64,000 nt of DNA from Acutalibacteraceae bacterium (GTDB lineage Bacteria; Bacillota; Clostridia; Oscillospirales; Acutalibacteraceae). The DNA lies in assembly GCA_045606645.1 (NCBI GenBank), contig JAZUSK010000035.1, forward strand, positions 15,745 through 79,744. The letters are read 5' to 3'. Position numbers and translations under genes: made by a program. The notes beneath the pieces are model-generated. The model worked only from the letters and a program-made list of their open reading frames with translations, had not been told where the DNA came from and made no database searches. Shown here one piece after another: positions 35,802-45,028 of the stretch (positions are counted from its first letter, which is position 1; each line of letters begins with the position of its first letter).

Positions 35802-37667
35802 ATGAAAAAAGGACTTTCCCTCGTTCTTTGTCTTATGATGCTTGTTTCAATGGTATCTATGCTTTCCGTTACTGCTTCTGCTGCAGACGTAAAAAATGCC
35901 ATCGAAATTACTAAGACAAACTTTAAGGACGATATTATCAAATTTGATATTTATCTTAAGCAGGGGGTAAGCGTTTCAGGTGCAGTATTCAGAATGGAAT
36001 ACGATCCCGACGTGCTTCAGCCCGTAGCCGATGAGAACGGTAATGCATTTATGAAAAAGAATGCATATGGCGAACCGATGGTTTCCGTTAACGGTTTCTA
36101 CGCTTCGGGTACACCTACCGGCAAAGATAATCTTTATGCAATGGGATTTGCGAATACAAATCCTTACGTTGCGAAAGCGAAGACGGGCTTTATGACGGTT
36201 TCCTTCAAGGTTATCGATAAGAATCACCCCAAAACAACCGTTAAATTCTACTGCGTAGAGTTCAATAGTGAGAATTCTTCTCTTAACATTCTTAAGAATG
36301 AAGTGAATCCTCAGAACTTCTTCACATATAGCGGTTCAACAATGAACCAGTCGAAGATTACAAGCGTATATTCTGAGGAGAACGGTCTCAGAGTTAACTG
36401 GGAAAAGACAGAGGGCGCTGTAGGCTACAAGGTGTTTAAGGTAGAAAATGGCAAGTCAATTCTTATTGGCGATACTAAAGAGCTTTTCTTCATCGATAAC
36501 ACCGCAGTAGCAAATGCTACATCCTCATATGCTGTTAGAGCGTATGATGCAGCAGGTAACCTCGACTCCGGTTATGCGGGTACAATGAGCGGCGTTTATG
36601 TTAAGGCTCCCTCAAAGGTTGCGGTTTCTCTCCAGACAAACGGTGTTAAGGTTGGTTGGTATCTCGTTGACGGTGCAGAAAGCTACAAAATATTCAGACG
36701 AGAGATATATTCCGACGGAAGCAAGTCTGATTGGTCAGAGATCTATACAGCCGGCGCAAAGGCAACAACTTATATCGACAAAACAACCGTAAGCGGTAAG
36801 CATTACGAGTTTACGGTTCGTGCATATACCGCAAAGGGCGCCAGTGCAGTTTGCAGATTCGCAAGCACATGGTTCTATACAGCTCCTACAGTTACAACTA
36901 CTGCAGTAGTTGGCGGTGTAAACGTGAAGTGGAACGCTATCCCCGGCGCTAACACATATAACGTTTACCGTAAGTACAACGGTGCAAGCTCATGGACATT
37001 GATTGCTACAGTTAAGGGTAACGTAACAACCTACCTTGATAAGGCGGCAATCTCCGGCAGAAACATTGACTATACAGTAAGAGTCTTCGGTAAGACTAAC
37101 GAGGGCAGCAGTACATTTACTGCAAAGAGAATTGCTTACGTTGGCGTGCCTCACCTCACAAGCGTTGCTAACTCCGTTGGCGGTCTTACAGTTAAGTGGA
37201 ACGCAGTACAGAATGCCCAGGGCTACAGAGTTTATCGCCGTGCAGCAGGTGAAAAGTATTTCACATATCTTGGTACTGTAAGCTCTACAACCTACGTTGA
37301 TAAGACAGTTAAGAACGGCGTTTATTACAAATACACAGTAAGAACCGTATTCTACTCACTCTTCAGTAACTACGAGGATGGTCTCCTCTGCAGATACGTT
37401 GCTACTCCCAAGCTTACATCAATCTCCAATACCACAAACGGTATCAAGATCGGTTGGGGTGCAATAAGCGGCGCTACAGGCTACAGAGTATATCGCCGCG
37501 GTGCAGGTCAGACCACTTGGACATATCTCGGTACTGTAACAGGTACAAGCTACACAGATACGTCAGTAAAGAATGCAAAGGGTCAGTACTTCAGATACAC
37601 CGTAAGAGCTGTAAACGGCTACTACAGCGGATTTGATACAAACGGACTTTATATAAAGCGTTCATAA
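35802..37667 (+). CDS. Secreted protein: signal peptide, cohesin-like N-terminal domain, 5 FN3-like repeats
   Basis: MKKGLSLVLCLMMLVSMVSMLSVTASA/ADV signal. FRMEYDPDVLQPV cohesin-like motif. Five ~87-aa repeats with consensus G(I/V)xVxWxxVxGAxGYxVYRKxxGxxxWxxLGTVxxTSYTDxxVxxGxxYxYTVRA. ATG at 35802 follows GAAAGGA. Confidence 0.85.
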   Translation: MKKGLSLVLCLMMLVSMVSMLSVTASAADVKNAIEITKTNFKDDIIKFDIYLKQGVSVSGAVFRMEYDPDVLQPVADENGNAFMKKNAYGEPMVSVNGFYASGTPTGKDNLYAMGFANTNPYVAKAKTGFMTVSFKVIDKNHPKTTVKFYCVEFNSENSSLNILKNEVNPQNFFTYSGSTMNQSKITSVYSEENGLRVNWEKTEGAVGYKVFKVENGKSILIGDTKELFFIDNTAVANATSSYAVRAYDAAGNLDSGYAGTMSGVYVKAPSKVAVSLQTNGVKVGWYLVDGAESYKIFRREIYSDGSKSDWSEIYTAGAKATTYIDKTTVSGKHYEFTVRAYTAKGASAVCRFASTWFYTAPTVTTTAVVGGVNVKWNAIPGANTYNVYRKYNGASSWTLIATVKGNVTTYLDKAAISGRNIDYTVRVFGKTNEGSSTFTAKRIAYVGVPHLTSVANSVGGLTVKWNAVQNAQGYRVYRRAAGEKYFTYLGTVSSTTYVDKTVKNGVYYKYTVRTVFYSLFSNYEDGLLCRYVATPKLTSISNTTNGIKIGWGAISGATGYRVYRRGAGQTTWTYLGTVTGTSYTDTSVKNAKGQYFRYTVRAVNGYYSGFDTNGLYIKRS

Positions 37668-37693
37668 GATTCCCATAATAGGAGGATTTAGTT

Positions 37694-40126
37694 TTGAAGA
37701 AAATAGTTTCAATTTTACTTTGCTGCTTGATGATGGTTTCCATCTTCTCCGCTTCTGCGGCTCAGGTTTATGCAGCAACAGAGCTCAGCAGTTACTTCGC
37801 AGTAACAGACACAGAGCTTGTTAACGACAAGATCACTTACACAATCGCTGTAAAGCCTTCTCATACTAAGCTCGTAGGTCTCAGCCTTAAGGTTAAGTAC
37901 GACGGCGATATGCTCGCTGTTGATTCATGCACGGTTAACAGCAAGTTTGCGGGTATGAGTGCGACGGGCGAAGACGTTAACGATGCAAATACCTACTCAA
38001 TCATCTGGACTCACGCAACGGGTGTTAATGTCACTTCATCACAGATCGTTTTTGCACAGGTTACCTTCAAGATGATCGGTGAAGAGAGAGACTACGCAGA
38101 GGTTGCGTTCCTTTGCGAAGAGTTTGATACAGATGACGGTAAGGATAACGACCATCTTAAGGCAGACGGTCAGGTGCTCTTCGCACACGACTCCTTCTTC
38201 ACACTTTCCTCTCCCGTAGTCAGCAAGGTTTACTCAACTATCAGCGACCTCGTTGTTGAATGGGGTGCAGTAGAAGATGCAGATTCATACAACGTTTACC
38301 GTAAGACTGCAGGAAGTGATGATTGGTCATGTATCGCAGAGGGCATAACAGAAACAAGATATATTGACACCACTATCGCTACTGAAACAGAGTATTTCTA
38401 CAACGTTTCCGCAGTTAACGCTTACGGTGAAACAGAGCTCGTTGGCGAAGGTGTTGAGGGCTTCAACTTCGGCTCTATCGATTACATTAACTACACAATT
38501 TTAGACGACGGCGCATCTCTTTCATGGGAAAAGCTTAATCTTGCAGAGAAATACAATATTTACAGAAAAGAAGTTTCTGCTTCTGAATGGGAGCTTATCG
38601 GCACAAGTCTCGAAAATACTTACGTTGATAAAACTCTCGAAAGCTACGTTGAATACAACTACAGAGTTGAAGCTGTAAAGGGTAGCTATGTTGCAGGTCT
38701 TTCAGTAGATTACCCCGTAGTTAAGTACCTTGCAATCCCCGAGTTTGCAGTTACAAGCACAGAAAACGGCTTTGAACTTTACTACGGCGACGTAAACGGA
38801 GCTACAAAGTACGTTATCGAGAAGAAGACGGGCAACGGTGCTTGGACAGTTCTCACTACTATCAATAATCCTACAGAGGACGTTTACCTCGATGAGGATT
38901 TCGTTATCGGCGGTTCTTATTCTTACAGAATCAAGGCTTATGCTGCTGATATAACAAGCGGTCAGAAGACAGTTGCCGCTATCACAAGACTTGGTACTCC
39001 CACAGTTAAAAGCATCAGCGTTGACGTTCCCGGTATGACAATTACATGGAGCGCAGTTGCAGGTGCAACAGAGTACAAGATTTACAGAAAAGTTTACGGT
39101 ACAAATCAGCTTAGCCTTATTGGTACTGCAGTAGGTACATCCTACACAGATACAACAGCACAGAGCAACGTTGTTTATACTTACACAGTATCTGCATCAA
39201 ACGCTACAGGTTGCGGTATGTACGACAAGGTTGGTAAGACTCGTATCTTCTTTGCAAGTCCCGTGCTTCAGAGCCGCGAGAACGTTGTAAACGGCGTTAA
39301 AATTACATGGACTGCTGTTGAGGGTGCTACAGGTTACCGTATCTATCGCCGTGGTGCAGGTACAAACTACTGGCACTACCTCGGCACTATCGATGCTAAG
39401 AAAACATCCTACGTTGACTACGGTAAGGATGTTAACGGAAAGAACATCGGTATGAAGAATGGCGAGTATTACAGATACACAGTCAGAGCTACTAACGAAA
39501 ACCGCGGAAGCAACGTTAAGTATCCCGGCGGTTACAACCAGACAATTTACAGTGGCTTCGATACAACAGGCCTTTATCTTAAGCACGTATCTACTCCCAA
39601 GATGGTAAGCGTTTCCAACGCATCTACAGGCGTGCTTGTTAAGTGGAATGCAATTCCCGGTGCTACAAGCTACAGAGTTTACCGCCGTGGTGCAGGCTCC
39701 ACATATTGGTACTACCTCGGTGACGTAAAGGGCACATCTTACACAGATACAGCTATCGCTAATGCAAGCGGTAAGTATTACAGATATACAGTAAGAGCCG
39801 TTAGCGGTTATTACAGCGGCTTCGATACAAACGGTCTCTACCTCATGAGAATTTCTGAGCCTGACCTTACAAGTGCAAGAAGCTACTCAAGTGGTATCAC
39901 AGTTAAGTGGAAGCAGTGCGCAGGTGTTCAGGGTTACTACGTATATCGTAAGACATCTAACTCTTCATGGGTGCGTATAGCTACACTTAAGGGCGTGACC
40001 AACACTACCTATACAGATAAGACTGCAAAGAAGGGTACAACCTATATCTACACCGTTAAGGCGTATTATGGCTCATCTATGAGTACCTGTGACCAGGGCG
40101 GTATTTCTTGCAGAGCAAAATATTAA
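37694..40126 (+). CDS. Secreted protein: signal peptide, cohesin-like N-terminal domain, 7 FN3-like repeats
   Basis: TTG start 7 nt after AGGAGG. Signal MKKIVSILLCCLMMVSIFSASAAQVYA. LKVKYDGDMLAVD motif. Seven repeats of the same consensus. Confidence 0.85.
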   Translation: MKKIVSILLCCLMMVSIFSASAAQVYAATELSSYFAVTDTELVNDKITYTIAVKPSHTKLVGLSLKVKYDGDMLAVDSCTVNSKFAGMSATGEDVNDANTYSIIWTHATGVNVTSSQIVFAQVTFKMIGEERDYAEVAFLCEEFDTDDGKDNDHLKADGQVLFAHDSFFTLSSPVVSKVYSTISDLVVEWGAVEDADSYNVYRKTAGSDDWSCIAEGITETRYIDTTIATETEYFYNVSAVNAYGETELVGEGVEGFNFGSIDYINYTILDDGASLSWEKLNLAEKYNIYRKEVSASEWELIGTSLENTYVDKTLESYVEYNYRVEAVKGSYVAGLSVDYPVVKYLAIPEFAVTSTENGFELYYGDVNGATKYVIEKKTGNGAWTVLTTINNPTEDVYLDEDFVIGGSYSYRIKAYAADITSGQKTVAAITRLGTPTVKSISVDVPGMTITWSAVAGATEYKIYRKVYGTNQLSLIGTAVGTSYTDTTAQSNVVYTYTVSASNATGCGMYDKVGKTRIFFASPVLQSRENVVNGVKITWTAVEGATGYRIYRRGAGTNYWHYLGTIDAKKTSYVDYGKDVNGKNIGMKNGEYYRYTVRATNENRGSNVKYPGGYNQTIYSGFDTTGLYLKHVSTPKMVSVSNASTGVLVKWNAIPGATSYRVYRRGAGSTYWYYLGDVKGTSYTDTAIANASGKYYRYTVRAVSGYYSGFDTNGLYLMRISEPDLTSARSYSSGITVKWKQCAGVQGYYVYRKTSNSSWVRIATLKGVTNTTYTDKTAKKGTTYIYTVKAYYGSSMSTCDQGGISCRAKY

Positions 40127-40235
40127 AGTGAATTTTTAAAGTAAAGCCCCTCGTGCATATCTGCACGAGGGATACTACATAAAAACGAGAAAAACCCCGA
40201 AGAAAAAGGGGATAAATTTTATAAAGGAGGCTTTT

Positions 40236-43200
40236 ATGTTCAAGAAATCATTATCTTTATTTCTGAGCGTAATAATGCTTTTATCATGCTTTGCGGCGGC
40301 TACCTCCGTATCTGCGGCAAGCATCGATGTGAAGAGCATCTTCACAGTAAAGGCAGAGCCCGTATCAGATAACAAGCTTACGTACACTATCGGTATCAAT
40401 CCTCAGCAAAAAGGAATTGCCGGTATCGTTCTCTTGGTGAAGTATGATGATACCGTTTTGGAGCCTGTTAATTGCGGTCCCGCGGTTACTGTTAACAGTG
40501 AGGGTGAGGAAATTCAAAACGTTAGCGGTGAGTTTACTCACGGCGTATCAGTATCTCCCGAGGGATATTACACTATAGGATATATAAACTCAGGTTCATT
40601 TTCAACTGTAACAAAGTCCGTTGACTTTTTCAAAATGCAGTTTGAGGTTATTGACCCCACTCATCCCACTACGGATATTGAGTTTTACTGCAAGGAATAT
40701 TATTCCGTAAGTGAGCAGGATAAGAATATCACTCCCGATGACGGTCTCCAGCCTATTTCCATTAATCAGAGCGTGCCGACTCTCGAAGCACCTAAGATGA
40801 TGGAGGTTGTGGGTCATATAGACGGTCTTAAGGTTAAGTGGGTACCTGCAAACGGTGCAATAGGCTACGTAGTTTACAGAAAAACTGTTACTACTGATTG
40901 GGAAGAGGTTGCGCAGGTAGGCGGTGAATCTTCTTCAGAATATATTGATTCTGACATCGTCAGCGGTACTACTTATATCTATACTGTTTCCGCGGTAAAT
41001 AATTACGGCGAAAGCACAAAGGATAAAATCGGTATTTCCTGCGAATATATCGCAAAGCCTACAATAGTTTCTCTCAAAAATGTTGTTGGCGGTATTGAAT
41101 TATCATGGACACCTACCGACGGCGCAAAGTCCTATAACCTTTATCGCCGTGTTAAGGGCGAGACGGAATGGACGCTTATTTCCAACCGTTTATTAAGCTC
41201 GGGTACGACTTATAAGGATACCTTTGACCTCGTTGATGGCGCGACCTATGAGTATGACGTGAACTCAGTTACATCATCATACGAGAGCGCTAATTATCCC
41301 GAGGGTAGTAGCGTAACCTACGTTACCACACCTGTAGTATCAATAGAGATCATTGTAGAGGGTATCCGTCTTCAGTGGCAGGCTAATCCCGGTGCAACCA
41401 AGTATGATATATACAGAAAAATAAGCGGTCAGCAGAGTGCGCTTACATACTATACATCTACTACGGATACATCATTTGTTGATACCGACGTGGTTGCAGG
41501 TTTTTCATATACCTATTCAATAAAGGTAATAGCAGGAGACAGCGAAAGTGCATATAATCCTACAGGCTATACCACAACCTACGTACCTCCGACACCGGTG
41601 AAATCTTTGACACTTACAGCAAACGGCGTTACGGTGACGTGGGACGTTGTGGAGAATGCGGCGGGCTATTCAATTTATCGCAAGCCTGCTTCAGGCGGCA
41701 GCTGGGTAAAGGTTGCAACACTTGTTAAAACGGTTGCTTCTTTTGATGACACCGGCGTTGGTAGCGGTGCTAATTACGTGTACGCTGTATGTCCTATTAT
41801 TAACGGTGCAGAAAGTGCGAAGCTTCAGTCTTCACCCATTTACGTTATTAAAGCTCCCGCTAACGTTAAAACCGAAAACATTGATAAGGGCATAATGGTT
41901 ACCTGGGACAAGGTTTCCGGTACTGTTGCGTACATCATTTATCGTAGCGAAAACGGTGGTGAATTCCGGCAGGTGGCAGAGATATCCTCCCTTTACACAA
42001 GAGAGTATCTCGATGAAAACGTTGTTTTAGGCGGAAAGTACGCTTATGCAATTAAGTGTGTGGGCGATAGTGCAGAAAGCTTACCCAGTGACGGAAATAA
42101 TCAGATTATCAGAATCGGTGCTATCGGCAAGGCAACTCCCGTTATTTCCGATGGTGGCATTCTCGTTACGTGGGAGGCAGTTGACGGCGTGTCTCAGTAT
42201 GCAGTTTTCAGAGACAGAGGCAATGGCTTTGTGTTAATGGGAACTGTTGACGAGCCCCGATATCTCGATACTAAGGTTGAGAGTAATACAACTTATTCAT
42301 ACGCAGTAGCGGCGGTTATAGATGGAAGTCGCGGTATTCTTAATACAGATGCTCCCATACAGCTCCTCTACGTAGCACCCACCGCAAAGATTACTATCAC
42401 AAACTATTCCGGATATTCTCAGATTGTTTGGGAAGCAGTTGATGGTGCAACAGGTTACGAGCTTTATAGAACGGTTGGTGACGATACACTTACACCCGAG
42501 CTTGTGGCAACATTTGGTTCAGATACACTTAAGTATGTTGATAAAAATGTTGTGGGTGGTGAGGATTATTACTATTTTCTCCGCACCAAAAATGCAGAGG
42601 GTATGAGCGCTTTGTCATCAGGTAAGAAGAATACTTATCTCGAGGTGCCTCAGATAACATCTATCGGTAACGCATACGGCGGAATTACCTTTAGCTGGAA
42701 AGCCGTAGAAGGTGCTACAGGCTACAGAGTTTACAGAAAAGTATATGGTGCAACATACTATACTTATATAGAGACTGTAAGTGCAGATACCCTTTCATAT
42801 ACAGATACCGGTGCAGAAAACGGCAAGATAATGTGTTACTGCATTAAGGCGGAAAATGAGGGTAGCATGAGTGCATATCTTGCTAAGTGCTATACGTATG
42901 TAAAGGCTCCGGAAATCAGATTCTCCAATTCACCCAGCGGTGTATATCTTACTTGGGATAAGAACCCCTCTGCTGTTGGATATTGGATATACAGAAAGAC
43001 TCCCGGTGCAAAGTCGTGGACAAGAATCGCTTGTGTAACAACTACGTACTATACCGATACAAAGGTAGAGAGCGGTGGCGCATATATCTATACCATGAGA
43101 GCATATACAGGTAAGATTCTTTCCCATTTCAATCCCGATGGATGGCAGATAGTACATCTTGCTACACCTGTTATGAAGGCTCCCGGTCTTGGATACGGTG

Positions 43201-43949
43201 CCGTTACGTGCTTCTGGAATCCCGTTGCGGGAGCAGAGGGCTACTACGTTTACCGTAAGGTTGACGATAAGGGCAACTGGACATATATAGGTAAGACATC
43301 GGCAACGCTTTTCAGAGATGTTAACGTGACTAACGGTTCTAAATATACTTATACTGTTAAGGCTTACTACGGTAACAGCACGTCAAGCTTTAATTATAAC
43401 GGCAAGAGTACAAAATACCTCGTGGCACCTACGTTGACTGTGAGTAATAATATAAGCGGTGTATATCTTTCTTGGAATAAAGTTTCCGGTGCTGATAAGT
43501 ATTATATTTACAGAAAAGAGGGCAATGCTGCCTCTTGGACAAGAATTGCAGTAACCTCTAAGACTTACTATACGGATACAACTGCTAAGAGTGGTAAGGT
43601 TTATACTTATACTATAAAGTCTTACAATTCAAGCGTTACTTCCGGTTATAATTCATACGGTTGGAAGACCTATTACCTTAATTCACCAAAGCTTAACTCC
43701 GCTACAAGCTATCCCGGCGGTATAACCGTAAGATGGCAGAAGGTAACCGGAGCAACATGGTACTCTGTTTACAGAAAAGAGGGTACGGGCTCTTGGGTAA
43801 GAATCGGTACTACAACCGGTAACGGTAGCGTATCGTTTACAGATACAACCGCAGTTGTAGGCAAGCGCTATACCTATACGGTGCGTGCTTGCTACGGAAG
43901 CTACATAAGCTCCTTCTACACGGGCGTAAGCTGTACGTCTAACTACTAA
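40236..43949 (+). CDS. Secreted protein: signal peptide, cohesin-like N-terminal domain, about 12 FN3-like repeats
   Basis: AAGGAGG RBS. Signal MFKKSLSLFLSVIMLLSCFAAATSVSA. LLVKYDDTVLEPV motif. About 12 repeats of the same consensus. No LPXTG, dockerin, SLH or choline-binding motif seen. Confidence 0.85.
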   Translation: MFKKSLSLFLSVIMLLSCFAAATSVSAASIDVKSIFTVKAEPVSDNKLTYTIGINPQQKGIAGIVLLVKYDDTVLEPVNCGPAVTVNSEGEEIQNVSGEFTHGVSVSPEGYYTIGYINSGSFSTVTKSVDFFKMQFEVIDPTHPTTDIEFYCKEYYSVSEQDKNITPDDGLQPISINQSVPTLEAPKMMEVVGHIDGLKVKWVPANGAIGYVVYRKTVTTDWEEVAQVGGESSSEYIDSDIVSGTTYIYTVSAVNNYGESTKDKIGISCEYIAKPTIVSLKNVVGGIELSWTPTDGAKSYNLYRRVKGETEWTLISNRLLSSGTTYKDTFDLVDGATYEYDVNSVTSSYESANYPEGSSVTYVTTPVVSIEIIVEGIRLQWQANPGATKYDIYRKISGQQSALTYYTSTTDTSFVDTDVVAGFSYTYSIKVIAGDSESAYNPTGYTTTYVPPTPVKSLTLTANGVTVTWDVVENAAGYSIYRKPASGGSWVKVATLVKTVASFDDTGVGSGANYVYAVCPIINGAESAKLQSSPIYVIKAPANVKTENIDKGIMVTWDKVSGTVAYIIYRSENGGEFRQVAEISSLYTREYLDENVVLGGKYAYAIKCVGDSAESLPSDGNNQIIRIGAIGKATPVISDGGILVTWEAVDGVSQYAVFRDRGNGFVLMGTVDEPRYLDTKVESNTTYSYAVAAVIDGSRGILNTDAPIQLLYVAPTAKITITNYSGYSQIVWEAVDGATGYELYRTVGDDTLTPELVATFGSDTLKYVDKNVVGGEDYYYFLRTKNAEGMSALSSGKKNTYLEVPQITSIGNAYGGITFSWKAVEGATGYRVYRKVYGATYYTYIETVSADTLSYTDTGAENGKIMCYCIKAENEGSMSAYLAKCYTYVKAPEIRFSNSPSGVYLTWDKNPSAVGYWIYRKTPGAKSWTRIACVTTTYYTDTKVESGGAYIYTMRAYTGKILSHFNPDGWQIVHLATPVMKAPGLGYGAVTCFWNPVAGAEGYYVYRKVDDKGNWTYIGKTSATLFRDVNVTNGSKYTYTVKAYYGNSTSSFNYNGKSTKYLVAPTLTVSNNISGVYLSWNKVSGADKYYIYRKEGNAASWTRIAVTSKTYYTDTTAKSGKVYTYTIKSYNSSVTSGYNSYGWKTYYLNSPKLNSATSYPGGITVRWQKVTGATWYSVYRKEGTGSWVRIGTTTGNGSVSFTDTTAVVGKRYTYTVRACYGSYISSFYTGVSCTSNY

Positions 43950-43953
43950 TAAC

Positions 43954-43990
43954 AAAAACTCTCGGAAGCAATTCCGAGAGTTTTTTATTT
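43954..43990. terminator. Bidirectional terminator between convergent genes
   Basis: AAAAA-CTCTCGGAA-GCAA-TTCCGAGAG-TTTTTT. Confidence 0.8.
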
Positions 43991-44695
43991 GAAATATTCA
44001 ATTACTGCTTCAATGGAGTTTTCGGGAATGTCTATGTAACAGCTTTCGGGAATCCTCATATTTTCAAGATAATGGGCATCTGAATCTGATACTATTTTTA
44101 TAGTATTGAGATACGGATGTTTTTCTTTTAATTGGGCTTCTGCGGATAAATCGAATATCTCTGCTGCATTGAAGCCGAAGGATTCGTCTATGGTGCCGAG
44201 ATTTGATAATATACTGAAGGAAGAGCGGTCTATGTGAGCAGGGTAGCATATACCGTTATATTTTTTGACTGTTTCTACAGCCTTCATCGTACTGATACCC
44301 GATGCGGTAATGAGGAGCGTTTCTTCCGTTCCTATGATCTCGTCGTTTTCGTTGCATATATTCTGCTCACCGAATATTTTGGGTTTGTTTTTTATGGGCG
44401 GTAAGGTTGAACGTACGTGCTCGGAAAAGCTAAGAGCATCATCAAGAGAGGGGAAGAGACAGACAATATGTACCTCCTCCGAGGTGCATAGCTCCATACC
44501 GGGAATTACCGTAAGACCTATTTCTTCGCCCACCTTCATTAGAGCAGGGCAGTTGAGACAGGTGTTGTGATCGGTGAGAGCGATAATATCGTACCCCATA
44601 ATTTTCGCCATATTTGCGATGTTTTGGGGAGTCATATCGTCGTCGCCGCAGGGGCTCAGACACGAATGGATGTGGAAATCATAAGCAAGTCTCAT
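43985..44695 (-). CDS. PHP-domain metal-dependent phosphoesterase
   Basis: 236 aa. DFHIHSCLSPCGDDDMTP, IALTDHNT, and SDAH motifs. The start overlaps the upstream stop (ATGA). Confidence 0.75.
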   Translation of the reverse strand: MRLAYDFHIHSCLSPCGDDDMTPQNIANMAKIMGYDIIALTDHNTCLNCPALMKVGEEIGLTVIPGMELCTSEEVHIVCLFPSLDDALSFSEHVRSTLPPIKNKPKIFGEQNICNENDEIIGTEETLLITASGISTMKAVETVKKYNGICYPAHIDRSSFSILSNLGTIDESFGFNAAEIFDLSAEAQLKEKHPYLNTIKIVSDSDAHYLENMRIPESCYIDIPENSIEAVIEYFK

Positions 44696-45024
44696 ATATA
44701 AAGTGCGATTTCCTTTGCCATCTGATATGAGTTTTTATCAGTGGTTAAAATAACTACGTCGTTTTCCATTGCTCTTTTTTTCGCATCCTCGTCGAGAGCG
44801 GCGTTTTCCGTAAGGATGATACAAGCGATATCCGCAAGCACCGCAACGCCGATGGAGTTGATGTTGCCCATTACGGTAAGCCACACATCGCAAGCCTGCG
44901 CACGTGACATTACCCAACTGAGAAGGTCACCGCAGTAGCAGCCGTGGATCTCTTTTTCGTGAGCTACATCTTTTCCGCAAAGATACTGTAAACCTAATTT
45001 TTCCTTCAATACATCAACTGTCAT
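44692..45024 (-). CDS. DRTGG-domain-like small protein
   Basis: 110 aa. Paralogous in layout to 46819-47169 (GDLLSWVM / SDMMSDVL, then a V/I-rich beta-alpha core). Resembles the small proteins annotated DRTGG next to clostridial hydrogenase operons. Confidence 0.55.
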   Translation of the reverse strand: MTVDVLKEKLGLQYLCGKDVAHEKEIHGCYCGDLLSWVMSRAQACDVWLTVMGNINSIGVAVLADIACIILTENAALDEDAKKRAMENDVVILTTDKNSYQMAKEIALYI

Positions 45025-45028
45025 ATAA

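Noticed and set aside
35802-43949. Sortase (LPXTG), dockerin, SLH or other anchoring motifs in the three repeat proteins
   Set aside because: I searched the translations by eye and found none. The C-termini end abruptly after the last FN3-like repeat.
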